From a virus, in the IMG/VR virus record IMGVR_UViG_3300016665_000253, positions 1-43,726 of that record: DNA of 43,726 nt, one strand, 5' to 3'. Positions 12,929 through 22,304 of this stretch are shown piece after piece. The notes under the pieces are model-generated. The model did no database searches and was not told the origin of the DNA. It worked only from the letters and a program-made list of their open reading frames with translations. Position numbers and translations under genes: made by a program. Numbering within the stretch: the stretch's first letter is position 1; the number at the start of each line of letters is the position of its first letter.

Positions 12929-14430
12929 TGGGGCAGGGCGGCTACGTCCGCGAGCAGATACGTGCGCGGAAGTTACAGCGGGCGAGGGGCAGTCTCGCAG
13001 CGCAGGCGGCGCTTAGGCTGGCAGAGCTGAGGCAGGCAGAGTCGCCGACGAAGCGCGACCTTCGCGCGCGCCTGCCGCTCGTGGAGTACGTGCCCGCGCT
13101 GTCGCCGCGCTGGTCTGCGCCGCATCACCTCGCGCCAGTGGCCGAGCTCTTCGAGCGCGCGCTGCGTGGCGAGACGGTGCGAGCGTGCGTCAGCGTCCCT
13201 GCGCAATTCGGCAAGACCACGCTGATTCAACACGGCATCGTGCAGATGCTCAGCCGTAACCCGACGTGGCCGGTGGTCTACGCAAGTTACAGCGCGGACT
13301 TCGCGCACGACCGCAGCAAAGAGATTCGCGACCTCGCGCGTGAGGCTGGGCTTGCGCTGCGCGACGACACGAGCGCGGCTGGACGCTGGCGGCTGGTCGA
13401 GGGCGGTGGCCTGCTCGCAACGGGCATCGGCGGGCCGCTGACTGGATATGCCGCGCAAGTCGTCGTCGTCGATGACCCGCACAAGAATCGCGAAGAGGCT
13501 GAGTCGCGACGCGAGCGCGACAAGGTCGAGGACTGGCTGCGCTCGACGGCGCTGACGCGCATCAGCCCGACAGGCTCGTGCATCGTCGTGCATACACGAT
13601 GGCACCCTGACGACCTCATCGGCAGGCTCGAGGCTGACGGCTGGCAAGTCGTCAACCTCCCGGCCATCAACGAGCACGACGAGTCGCTGTGGCCGTCGCA
13701 GAGGCCGCGCGAGTTCCTGCGCCAGCGCGAGCGCGAGGTGGGCCCATACGAATGGGCGGCGCTCTACATGGGCCAGCCTCGAGCGCGTGGCGGCGCTGTG
13801 TTCTCTGCGACGCCGACGACGTACACGCAGCCGCCCGGCGAACTGACGCGCGGCATCGGACTCGACCTCGCGTACAGCGCGCGGACGTCGGCAGACTGGT
13901 CGGTCGCGGTCGTGCTCGGCAAGCACGGGCAAGGCGCGGAGGCGCGTTACTACGTGCTCGACGTGCTGCGTGCGCAGATGCGCGCCAGCGACTTCGCGCA
14001 GCAGCTCGCAGCGTTTCGCGCGCGATGGCCGCACACGTCGTCGCGCATCTACGCAGGCGGCGCAGACCGTGGAGCGCTCGACTTCCTCGCGCTGCCGCCA
14101 CCACGCGGCGTCGGATTGCAGGTCGAGATCAAGAGCGCAGTCGGCGACAAGTATTCGCGCGCGACTCCGCTGGCAGCAGCGTGGAACGCGGGCCGCGTGC
14201 TTGTGCGTGAGGGCGCTGCCTGGACGCCTGACCTCTGCGACGAGATTGCACGATTCACCGGGCAGAACGATGCGCATGACGACCAAGTCGACGCGCTCGC
14301 AGCAGCGTTCGATTTGCTCGCGGAGATGCACGCGGGCTCGCCAGTCGCGAGCGCTGGTCGACGCATGAGCGCGGACCTCGCGCAAGACTTTGCGCCGCCG
14401 CAGCGCGGTCGCAAGAATTACTGGGGCTGA
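12928..14430 (+). CDS. terL: Terminase large subunit
   Basis: Walker A-like PAQFGKTT, Walker B VVVDDPHK, and a nuclease-domain C-terminus ..NDAHDDQVDALAAAFDLL. Length is 500 aa. Confidence 0.9.
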   Translation: MGQGGYVREQIRARKLQRARGSLAAQAALRLAELRQAESPTKRDLRARLPLVEYVPALSPRWSAPHHLAPVAELFERALRGETVRACVSVPAQFGKTTLIQHGIVQMLSRNPTWPVVYASYSADFAHDRSKEIRDLAREAGLALRDDTSAAGRWRLVEGGGLLATGIGGPLTGYAAQVVVVDDPHKNREEAESRRERDKVEDWLRSTALTRISPTGSCIVVHTRWHPDDLIGRLEADGWQVVNLPAINEHDESLWPSQRPREFLRQREREVGPYEWAALYMGQPRARGGAVFSATPTTYTQPPGELTRGIGLDLAYSARTSADWSVAVVLGKHGQGAEARYYVLDVLRAQMRASDFAQQLAAFRARWPHTSSRIYAGGADRGALDFLALPPPRGVGLQVEIKSAVGDKYSRATPLAAAWNAGRVLVREGAAWTPDLCDEIARFTGQNDAHDDQVDALAAAFDLLAEMHAGSPVASAGRRMSADLAQDFAPPQRGRKNYWG

Positions 14431-14449
14431 CGCCCTCGGAGCAATACCG

Positions 14450-15943
14450 ATGTCGAAGCCTCGCAAGCCACGCACCGTCGCAGCAGCAGCGACACCGGAG
14501 CCGATGGGCCCGGTTGTGCGTATTCCTGAAATGGGCCGCATCGTGCGCCCGCAGTCGCTGTCGGCGATCAGCGGTCGTGCGCTTCAGCCCGTCTCGCCTG
14601 GACGCATCAGCACTGCGCTGCGCGAGCTCGACTTCGGGAATTACGAATACTGGGCCGATATGGCGACGCAGATGCGCCGTGACCCAGTCGTGCGTCGTGC
14701 GTACGCGACGCGCCGCTCGTCGGTGGCTGGCCGTGCATTCGCAGTCAAGGCACCGCCCGACGTCGCACCTGAGATGCGCGGTGCAGCCGAAGAACTGGTG
14801 CAGCTGACAAAGGAATGGCTCAATAGCCTCGAGGCTCGCGAGACGTTCCTGATGCGCGTGCTCGACGGCATCGGCATGGGTATCTCGGTGCACGAGTTGG
14901 TGTGGTCGCGCGTGAATGGCGCGTGGATGCCGCAGCCGGTGCCGGTGCAGACTCGCAACTTGCGATATGCGCAGGACTGGACTCTCGAGGTCCGCGACTA
15001 CGACTACAACTGGTACAACACCGTCAACTTCCCCGCGAAGTTCTTGACGCACGTTCCATGGACGGACCCCGGTCGTCCGATGGATCAGGGCGACTTCCTC
15101 GCGTGCGTTTTTTACTGGATGTTCAAAAGGAATGTTTGGACATTTTGGTTGATTGGGGCTGAGCGTTTCGGCAATCCACTCGTTCTCGCGCAGATGGCCG
15201 CATCGTCGGATACAGCGCAGCGGCAGCGCATCCTCGACGACCTCCAGCAGCTCACGGCCGACAGCGTCGGCGTCACGTCGGGCACGAGCAACATCGAGGT
15301 CATCAGCCCTGCGGCGGCTGGCTCGACGGCAGTTTGGAAAGAGCTGCGTGACTCGCTGAATCAAGAGATCTTCCTGTCGCTCGGCGTCAGTCCCGACCTC
15401 TACCTCAGCGGCGCAAACGGCTCGCGCTCGAGCACGGAGACGCGCGACGGCGTGCGCCTCGAAGGCAGCAAGCTCGATGCGACGCTGATGTGGGGCAGCA
15501 TCACGCGCGACGTCGTGCGCTGGCTTGCGTACTACAACCTGCGACGCGCGGATATCCCGTTGCCGCAGATCACGACGCTCTTCGACGACACGCTGCCGAT
15601 CACGCCTGATGCGATCAACGTCGGTGCGGTGCGCATCAACGAAGTGCGCGCGTCGCTGGGCCTGCCTGCGTGGAGCGCGGAGGACGGCGGCGAGAACATC
15701 GCGAAGCCTGCGGCCGTCGCTGCACCGATGCCTGGCGTGCCCTTCGAGGACGCGCCGCCTGCGCCGCCTGCTATCGAGACGCCCGCCGCTGACACGCTCG
15801 GAGGTGCGTCTGCGGCCTCCCCTTTCCCGACATCAGTAGCCTCGGCGGGTGGGATGCCTCAATTGTCGACGATGCGCTCGACATGGCCGACGTCCGCGCC
15901 CTCGCCGACGAAGCCGAAAAGACGCGCGTACGCGCGGTCATAG
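14450..15943 (+). CDS. Portal protein (Mu gp29/DUF935-like)
   Basis: ORF 14390.. trimmed to ATG 14450, about 10 nt after GGAG. The gene follows terL and encodes 497 aa with a conserved-looking core FYWMFKRNVWTFWLIGAERFGNP. Confidence 0.75.
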   Translation: MSKPRKPRTVAAAATPEPMGPVVRIPEMGRIVRPQSLSAISGRALQPVSPGRISTALRELDFGNYEYWADMATQMRRDPVVRRAYATRRSSVAGRAFAVKAPPDVAPEMRGAAEELVQLTKEWLNSLEARETFLMRVLDGIGMGISVHELVWSRVNGAWMPQPVPVQTRNLRYAQDWTLEVRDYDYNWYNTVNFPAKFLTHVPWTDPGRPMDQGDFLACVFYWMFKRNVWTFWLIGAERFGNPLVLAQMAASSDTAQRQRILDDLQQLTADSVGVTSGTSNIEVISPAAAGSTAVWKELRDSLNQEIFLSLGVSPDLYLSGANGSRSSTETRDGVRLEGSKLDATLMWGSITRDVVRWLAYYNLRRADIPLPQITTLFDDTLPITPDAINVGAVRINEVRASLGLPAWSAEDGGENIAKPAAVAAPMPGVPFEDAPPAPPAIETPAADTLGGASAASPFPTSVASAGGMPQLSTMRSTWPTSAPSPTKPKRRAYARS

Positions 15944-16833
15944 GCCGTCCGTACGTCGTCGCGGCTGAGACGACCCTCGATGCGGTCGCGCTCTTCACGC
16001 CCGTACGCGAGGCCATTGCGGCCGCTGCTGGCGGTGCTGCTGGTCCTGCGTCGGCAGAGGATGCGATTCGCGAGGTGCTCGCCAGCTACAAGGGCGACCC
16101 GCAGCTCGAAGCGCTGATTTACGAAGCGAGCGTCAAGTCGGACCTCGCTGGCCAAATGTTCGTGCGCTTGGTCGAGCTCGACCCGATGGGCGCGCAGCGG
16201 CAACTCGCAGTCGACCTCAGACCGGCATTCCTCAAGATGCCTTTCAACGAAGCCGTCGCCTTCTGGCGCGAGCGTGGCGGTGATCCGGCAATCCTCGAGG
16301 AAGTGCTGCGCGCGTATCGGCGGCGCGCTGCGACTGCCACCGACGAGCAGCTCGACGTCATCTCGCGACGCGCTGTCGAGGAACTGCGGCGTACGCTCGA
16401 CGAGGGGAACACGCTGCGCGAGTTTCAGCGCGCTATCACCGAGCAATCCATCACGCTCGGCATCGCGCCTGCGGACCCGTCGTATCTCGAGAACGTCTAC
16501 CGCACCAACGTCGCGTCGGCGTATGGCGCTGGCCGCTGGACGCAGATGAACGATCCCGACGTCATGGAGGCGCGGCCCTATCGGCAGTGGCTGACCGCTG
16601 AGGATTCGCGAGTACGTGCAGAACACGCGGTTATGAGTCGTGTCGTATGGCGTGCGGACAATCCGGCATTTAGCGTCATCGCGCCGCCCGGTGGTTTTCA
16701 GTGTAGGTGCAGTCTCGTGACTGCGTCGCAAGAGGAGTTTGACGAAGAGGGCCTCGCGCGATTCTTCGTTACCAGCGTGCCTGCTGGATTCGTGATGACG
16801 CCTGGATTCGGCGCATCGTCTTTCGTGAGGTGA
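15883..16833 (+). CDS. Head morphogenesis protein (Mu F / SPP1 gp7 family)
   Basis: WLTAEDSRVRAEHAVMSR..PPGGFQCRCS matches the Phage_Mu_F signature. The gene overlaps the portal 3' end by 61 nt. Confidence 0.8.
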   Translation: MADVRALADEAEKTRVRAVIGRPYVVAAETTLDAVALFTPVREAIAAAAGGAAGPASAEDAIREVLASYKGDPQLEALIYEASVKSDLAGQMFVRLVELDPMGAQRQLAVDLRPAFLKMPFNEAVAFWRERGGDPAILEEVLRAYRRRAATATDEQLDVISRRAVEELRRTLDEGNTLREFQRAITEQSITLGIAPADPSYLENVYRTNVASAYGAGRWTQMNDPDVMEARPYRQWLTAEDSRVRAEHAVMSRVVWRADNPAFSVIAPPGGFQCRCSLVTASQEEFDEEGLARFFVTSVPAGFVMTPGFGASSFVR

Positions 16834-18371
16834 CCATGGCATCGAAACACACTGCGACGGCCTACGCGAACAAGCGCATCCTCGCGCTGCGTGCGCAGCT
16901 CGGCGCGTTCGCCGACGTCGCCGTCAAGCCCGCGATGAAAGCACCGCTGCTCGGTGATGACGCTGCGTGCTCGTGGGTCGAGATGGCCTACGAGAGCGCG
17001 TGGAACGGCCACCCCGCCGGGCCCTTCGAGTTCAATCGCGCGGTGTTCGAGGACATCAAGCGTCTCTACGATGCGAGTGAGCAACCGGTGCCCGTGCTGT
17101 GGGGCCATCCTCGCCATGACCTCGGCGTGCCCATCGACGCGGCGGGCTGGATTCAAGCGCTTGAGATTCGCGACGGCGCAGACGGCGTCGAGCTGTGGGG
17201 CTATGTCGAGTGGACGAAGGACGCGGCCGACCGCATCGCGCTCGGTGCGCAGCGCTTCTGCTCTGTCGTCGTCGATTTCGCGCCGATTGACCGCGCGACT
17301 GGCGAGGTCGCCGGCCTCGCTGAGCTGTACGAACTCGGGCTCACGCCGAGTCCATTTCTGCCGGGCATGACGCCCATTACTCTCTCCCGCGTCGGGACTC
17401 CCGCGCGGAAGTCCACGACAAGGAGTCTCGCAATGGATCCGAAGAAAGTCCTCTCATCGATCGCTGCTGCACTTGGACTCGCGAAGGACGCGTCGCCTGA
17501 GAAAATGAAGAAGGCGTTTGACGCGCTTGTCGCGCTCGCGAACGCGATGGCCGAAGAGCAGATTGCCACCATCGAAGAGCCCGCCGTCGCGATTGCCGAT
17601 GGCGAGGGCGTCGCCGAGATGATGTGCGGCCCGAAGAAGGTCAAGGGCATGGCTCGCATCGCGCAGTCGGTGCGTGCGCTCGCTGAGGTCATGGCTGAGC
17701 CGGTCGAGATGCCGGAGGTCGAGACGCTCGCAGAGGAGTCGACGGAGGCCGCTGGCCAGATGATTCTCGGCAAGCTCGTCGAGGCGACCGGGCTCGACGA
17801 GGCTGGTGTCGTCGCGGCTATCATCGAGAAGCTCGACCAGATTGCGGCGACGCTCGTCGCTGGTCCGGTGTCGGGCATGAGCACCGACGCGGGCGCGCAG
17901 CTCATGCGCACGACGACGGAGCTTTCGGCGCACAAGGCGCGCGCGGTCGAGCTCGCGGCGACGGTCGCGACGCTGCAGGCGCAGGTTGCGGAGCTGTCGC
18001 AGGAGCGTGCGGCGCGTCAGGCTCTCGAGCGCAAGGCGCGCATCGAGGCGTCGTTCTCGCGGCTGCTCAGCGAGGGTCGCGTCACCGACGCGCAGCGCGA
18101 GGCGTTCACGCAGGCCAGCGAGCAGAACGAGAAGCTCGCGCTCGACATCTACAGCGCGCTTCCCGCGACTGCGCAGCCGCCTGTCGGCGCGATGGTCACC
18201 GGCGCGAAGGCCGCGCGCGAGAACACGGTGTCGAAGCTCTCCGCGAGCAGCGACCCGCTTGTCAACATTTTCCGCAACGATGCCAAGGCCGCGGGCCTTC
18301 GTGGCAAGGCTGCGGATGACCATGTCGCCGTGATGCTGTCCAAGCACGCGGCTCGCAATTCCAACGCGTGA
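16830..18371 (+). CDS. Prohead protease-scaffold fusion (Mu gpI-like)
   Basis: PVPVLWGHPRH..AAGWIQALEIRDGADGVELWGYVEWTKDAADRI..FCSVVV matches the Mu-like I protease pattern. The C-terminal half is Ala/Glu-rich coiled coil. Confidence 0.75.
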   Translation: MTMASKHTATAYANKRILALRAQLGAFADVAVKPAMKAPLLGDDAACSWVEMAYESAWNGHPAGPFEFNRAVFEDIKRLYDASEQPVPVLWGHPRHDLGVPIDAAGWIQALEIRDGADGVELWGYVEWTKDAADRIALGAQRFCSVVVDFAPIDRATGEVAGLAELYELGLTPSPFLPGMTPITLSRVGTPARKSTTRSLAMDPKKVLSSIAAALGLAKDASPEKMKKAFDALVALANAMAEEQIATIEEPAVAIADGEGVAEMMCGPKKVKGMARIAQSVRALAEVMAEPVEMPEVETLAEESTEAAGQMILGKLVEATGLDEAGVVAAIIEKLDQIAATLVAGPVSGMSTDAGAQLMRTTTELSAHKARAVELAATVATLQAQVAELSQERAARQALERKARIEASFSRLLSEGRVTDAQREAFTQASEQNEKLALDIYSALPATAQPPVGAMVTGAKAARENTVSKLSASSDPLVNIFRNDAKAAGLRGKAADDHVAVMLSKHAARNSNA

Positions 18372-18406
18372 CGCGCGTCGGTTCACCCGCTCAATAGGAG
18401 ATCACC

Positions 18407-18829
18407 ATGGCTGCACTCACCGCAATGACCGCGCGTCAGACGCGCAACGATTCGCTCGCTTCCTACGCCACCTACACCTGCACGACCGGCACGACCATCT
18501 ACGAGGGCAGCCTCGTGATGGTGACGACCGCGACGGGCCTTGCGCTTCCCGGCGCTGATACCGCCTCGTGCACCTTCGTCGGCATCGCGACCGAGACGGT
18601 CACGTCGGCCGCCGCTGGCGCGACCATCAACGTCAAGTACGGCCACGAGGAGCTGCTCGGCGCGGCCTCGTCGCTCGCTGCTGTCACCGGCGCTGCGTGC
18701 GTCATCAGCGACTCGGACCTCGTCACGACCGCCGCTGCGGCGACCAACGACGTCAAGGTCGGTGAGGTCGTGCAGGCCGTTTCCACCACTGCTGCGTGGG
18801 TGAAGATCCGCGGCGCATCGCCCGCGTGA
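18407..18829 (+). CDS. Head decoration/cement-like protein (DUF2190-like)
   Basis: GGAG RBS. The 140-aa Ala/Thr/Gly-rich protein sits between the scaffold and capsid genes. GSLVMV..GLA..FVGIA resembles DUF2190. Confidence 0.45.
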   Translation: MAALTAMTARQTRNDSLASYATYTCTTGTTIYEGSLVMVTTATGLALPGADTASCTFVGIATETVTSAAAGATINVKYGHEELLGAASSLAAVTGAACVISDSDLVTTAAAATNDVKVGEVVQAVSTTAAWVKIRGASPA

Positions 18830-18868
18830 TCACTGACGCACTAACCATCTCACTCACGGAGCACACCA

Positions 18869-19840
18869 ATGTCTGACTCTTCACACGTCATCAATCAGAC
18901 CGCGATTGACGCGGCCGCAACGGTTTTTCGCACCATGGCCGACGAGCTGTTCACCAGCTCGGCCGATCAGGGCCTCGTCAACGCGCTCTGCGAGACGATT
19001 CCCGCGGACGGCGGCACGACCACGTCGATCATCCTTGAGGATTTCTTGGGGAACTGGCTCGAGTTCGACGGCGCGCGCCAGACCGGCGTGAGCCGCGCGT
19101 ATCGCCTAAACGTGCTTCTCACCACGTGGGCGGTGCAGCTCAAGGTTCGTCGTCGTGACGCGGAGTACGATCGCAGCGGCATCGTCGCGGCGCGCGTGCG
19201 CAAGTTCATGAGCGCGGCGCAGTCCTACAAGGACTTCGTGCTGCATCAGGGCCTCTTCCTCAACAGCGGTGACGGCCCTGTCGGCTTCGACGGCGTCAAC
19301 CTCTTCTCGACCGCGCACCCTAACGGGCCGAGCGGCAACCAGAGCAACAAGACCACGTCGGCGCTCTCGCCGCTGACCTTCGACACGGCGTTCGCGTCGA
19401 TGACGAGCCTCCAGCGCGAGAACGGCGAGCCGTTCCGCATCGTGCCGCGTTACCTCATCGTCGGCCCGAAGAACCGCCTCGTTGGCGCGGAGATCACGAA
19501 GATGGACATCCGTGGTCGCAGCGTCGCAAACACCGGCCTTGAGGCTGGTGCGGCGGTCGTCGCGAGCGCGGGAGTCTCCAACGCGTACAACGGCCTCGTC
19601 GACCTCATCGTCGACCCGCGCCTCGTCGGCACGCAGGACGACTACTGGTACCTCGTCGGTGAGGGCCCTGGCGGCGCGAAGCCGATGTTCTTCGTCGAGG
19701 GCGCGGCTCCGCGCGAGCAGCTCGACATCGACCTCAGCAGCCCGACCGTCATGCAGAACGACGCGCTGACCTTCGGCCTCATCGCCGATGGCCAGTACGC
19801 GGCCGGGATGTGGCCCTGCATCTACGGCGGCATCCTCTGA
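18869..19840 (+). CDS. Major capsid protein (Mu gpT-like)
   Basis: GGAG RBS. Length is 323 aa. The call rests on position after the protease-scaffold and decoration genes in a Mu-type head module. Confidence 0.7.
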   Translation: MSDSSHVINQTAIDAAATVFRTMADELFTSSADQGLVNALCETIPADGGTTTSIILEDFLGNWLEFDGARQTGVSRAYRLNVLLTTWAVQLKVRRRDAEYDRSGIVAARVRKFMSAAQSYKDFVLHQGLFLNSGDGPVGFDGVNLFSTAHPNGPSGNQSNKTTSALSPLTFDTAFASMTSLQRENGEPFRIVPRYLIVGPKNRLVGAEITKMDIRGRSVANTGLEAGAAVVASAGVSNAYNGLVDLIVDPRLVGTQDDYWYLVGEGPGGAKPMFFVEGAAPREQLDIDLSSPTVMQNDALTFGLIADGQYAAGMWPCIYGGIL

Positions 19841-19964
19841 CGGCCTAGCGCTCACGCTCTGAGCGCATCACAGACCATGCGAGTCGCAGTCGCGCGCGAG
19901 CGTGATGGCGGGTGCAACTCCCGCCGATGGTCCCGCTGCATATCGCAGCGTTCATCATGAGGAG

Positions 19965-20510
19965 ATGAAGATGGAATACGATCACGCCACGCCATACGGG
20001 CACGTCGCGAGCAACGCGCGTCCTGAGTCGCGCCTGCTGGTGCGCGTCACCGTGCGTCCCGGCCATATGGGCCAGATGCTCAACGACGGTCGCGTCTACC
20101 CGTCAGGCACGCACGACATCCAGATTTACCGCAGCGAGTTGCCTGCGTTGCAGAAGCTCGTCGAGACGCGCGAGTCTGACTACCAGTCGTGCGTCGCGAA
20201 CCTCTCGACCTATGTCGCGGACTGGTGCGCGCAGACCAAGCGCAGCGAGGCCGAGTGTCCGATCAGCGCTGAGTCGCAGTTCCGGCAGATCACGCTGCGG
20301 GACGTGCTCCCGCTGCAAAAGGTCGAGGTGCTGCGCGAGCTCGACACCATCGAGATCGAGCACGAGCGCAAGCGCGCTGCGGCCATCGCGGAGACGGCTG
20401 CGCAGGTCGCGTCGCCGGGCGCGAACGACGCGGTGCTTGGCGGCATCGTGTCGGCGCTTGAGAAGCTGAACGCGAAGCTCGACAGCGTCGCGCAGCAGAG
20501 GCGCGGCTGA
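19965..20510 (+). CDS. Hypothetical head-module protein
   Basis: ORF 19902.. trimmed to ATG 19965 or 19971, after GAGGAG (19959-19964). Confidence 0.5.
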   Translation: MKMEYDHATPYGHVASNARPESRLLVRVTVRPGHMGQMLNDGRVYPSGTHDIQIYRSELPALQKLVETRESDYQSCVANLSTYVADWCAQTKRSEAECPISAESQFRQITLRDVLPLQKVEVLRELDTIEIEHERKRAAAIAETAAQVASPGANDAVLGGIVSALEKLNAKLDSVAQQRRG

Positions 20511-20809
20511 TGGCTGGCGCGCGCCGCAAGGCTAAGGCCGACGCTGACGCACAGCAGCCTGCACAGGACGTCGTAGACGCTGCGCCCGTGCCTGCGCCCG
20601 TCGCCGTCGCACAGCCTGCGGTGCGCGCTCCTGTCGCGGCTGGCGAGCGCGTGCGCTTCACGACTGTCGCAGGCGTCTCGTGCGACGCCGTCGTGGTCCG
20701 CGTCGACTGGGTGAACGGCATCGAGCTCCGCGTGCGCAAGCCGAGCGGCCTGACGTTCGTCACCTTTGCCGACGAGGGCGAGGGCCCCGGCACCTTCCAG
20801 CGAGGCTGA
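20510..20809 (+). CDS. Hypothetical protein (99 aa)
   Basis: TGATG overlap. The ORF is in the track. Confidence 0.5.
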   Translation: MAGARRKAKADADAQQPAQDVVDAAPVPAPVAVAQPAVRAPVAAGERVRFTTVAGVSCDAVVVRVDWVNGIELRVRKPSGLTFVTFADEGEGPGTFQRG

Positions 20810-20810
20810 T

Positions 20811-21275
20811 ATGGCGTTTCTGACCGACGCATACATCGAATCGATGCTAGGTGGCGGCACGCGTGGTCCCGCGCAATACGCGGCCATTGCGAGCGACGCA
20901 GGCGCACGCTCGGCGTACATCGCTGCGGCCGATGCGACGGTGCTCTCGGCCTGCCGCAAGGGCGGCTATTCGTCGGTCAGCCTGTCGCCGCAGGTGCCGT
21001 CGAGCGGCGATGCGTTCGAGCTGCTGCGCCTCATGTCTTTCGGCGTCTGGCTCAAGACCGCGTCGTTCTACGCGCGCGGCGTCGAGATCCCCGCGACCAT
21101 CGTGGCGACGGTGCCTGACCCGTCGTCGCTGTACGCGACCGATGGTGTGCGCATCGACCTGCCCGGCCTCGACCGCGACCCGCTCGGCGGCGACGGTGGC
21201 GCGGACATCATCAATGGCACCGAGCTCACCAGCAGCGAGCGCGTGTTCTCGACGCGGTCGCTGATTCTGTTCTGA
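20811..21275 (+). CDS. Head-tail connector candidate (Mu gp36/DUF1320-like)
   Basis: ORF trimmed to ATG 20811 (MAFLTDAYIESML..). The call rests on position and loose pattern similarity. Confidence 0.4.
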   Translation: MAFLTDAYIESMLGGGTRGPAQYAAIASDAGARSAYIAAADATVLSACRKGGYSSVSLSPQVPSSGDAFELLRLMSFGVWLKTASFYARGVEIPATIVATVPDPSSLYATDGVRIDLPGLDRDPLGGDGGADIINGTELTSSERVFSTRSLILF

Positions 21276-21751
21276 TGGGCGTCTCGTATCCCGGTGGCAA
21301 AAGCCCCGACAAGGCGGCGCGTGCGTGGGGCGCGATGATGCGGCGCACGACTGACCTCGGGCCCGCGATGAAAGTCGGCGCGGAGTCGGTCAATCGGTTG
21401 CTCAAGACATCGTTTCAAGAGAGCCGCACGCCGACCGGCACGGGCTGGAAGCCGCTTGACCCTGAGACGGTCAAGCGTCGCCGCAAACAGTCGAGCAAGC
21501 CACTGATCGATACAGGTGTGCTGCGCAACTCGACCTACGCTCGCGGCGGTGCACGCACCATCTACTTCGGCACCAACATCGGCTACGCAGGCTTTCAGCA
21601 GTTCGGCACGCGATACATCCCCGCGCGACCGTTCCTGCCAATTACGCGCTCGGGCGAACTCATCAACGACGCAGGCCCTGCGAAACTCGTGTTCGACCGC
21701 ATCTTCCAAAGCGTCGGCAACTACATCGTCAACGGAAAGCTGGTGCGCTGA
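21275..21751 (+). CDS. Virion morphogenesis/tail completion protein (Mu gpG-like)
   Basis: GWKPLDPETVKRRRK..KPLIDTGVLRNS..YAGFQQFGTRYIPARPFL matches the Phage_tail_S pattern. Confidence 0.65.
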   Translation: MGVSYPGGKSPDKAARAWGAMMRRTTDLGPAMKVGAESVNRLLKTSFQESRTPTGTGWKPLDPETVKRRRKQSSKPLIDTGVLRNSTYARGGARTIYFGTNIGYAGFQQFGTRYIPARPFLPITRSGELINDAGPAKLVFDRIFQSVGNYIVNGKLVR

Positions 21752-22293
21752 TGGCTGCTGTCGACGACGTCGCCATTCGCCGCGCGCTGCGCGAGGTCTG
21801 CGAGGGCACCATCGCGGGCGTGCGTGCGCTGACGCCGGGCCTGCTGTCTGCCGACATCGCTGGCGGTGCGAGCGACCTGACGCTCTCGCGTCGTGGCGTC
21901 GCGGTGCCGCGCGTCGATATCGCCGTCGCGTATCCGATGCTCGACGAGCGCCCGCAGCAGCCGTCGAATATCTGGATGCGCGGCATCGAGGTCACGCTGA
22001 CCTACACGTACCTGCTCGAAGCGCAGACGCTGCTCGCGCCGGAGTATCAGGCGATCAAGAGCACGGCGGCTGAAACGAGCGACCTCGTGGCGCAGGCGTA
22101 CGCATGGCCCGGCAAGCTGACGACGACGAGCGCTGGTGTCGCAACGGGCATCGTGTCGGGCGTGCTTGCGTGGCAGGGCACGACGGTTGTCCGCGATGAT
22201 GCGCCGCGCTCTGGCGAGACTGAAGGCGGCGGGCTCTACCAGCTCGAGCAGCGATACACCGGCGTCGTGCTGACCGCAGCGGCAATCACCTAG
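21751..22293 (+). CDS. Hypothetical head-tail joining/tail terminator candidate
   Basis: TGATG overlap. The call is by position only. Confidence 0.4.
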   Translation: MAAVDDVAIRRALREVCEGTIAGVRALTPGLLSADIAGGASDLTLSRRGVAVPRVDIAVAYPMLDERPQQPSNIWMRGIEVTLTYTYLLEAQTLLAPEYQAIKSTAAETSDLVAQAYAWPGKLTTTSAGVATGIVSGVLAWQGTTVVRDDAPRSGETEGGGLYQLEQRYTGVVLTAAAIT

Positions 22294-22304
22294 GAGAACC
22301 AGAT

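Noticed and set aside
12973-14541. Very long antisense ORFs: 12973..14541 (-, 522 aa), 15859..16842 (-), 17454..18386 (-), 35178..36587 (-), 7680..8858 (-), 26987..28042 (-) and 32418..33581 (-).
   Set aside because: They lie opposite genes with clear functional motifs (terminase, MuF, scaffold, endolysin, DnaB). They are Arg/Ala/Pro-rich with no motifs or RBS. This is the usual stop-codon-poor antisense artefact of DNA with about 67% GC.
19848-19866. A hairpin gcgctca-cgctc-tgagcgc just after the major capsid gene, as a possible terminator.
   Set aside because: The stem is only 7 bp with no downstream U-tract. It may modulate read-through, as seen after capsid genes in other phages, but the evidence is too weak to call it a feature.
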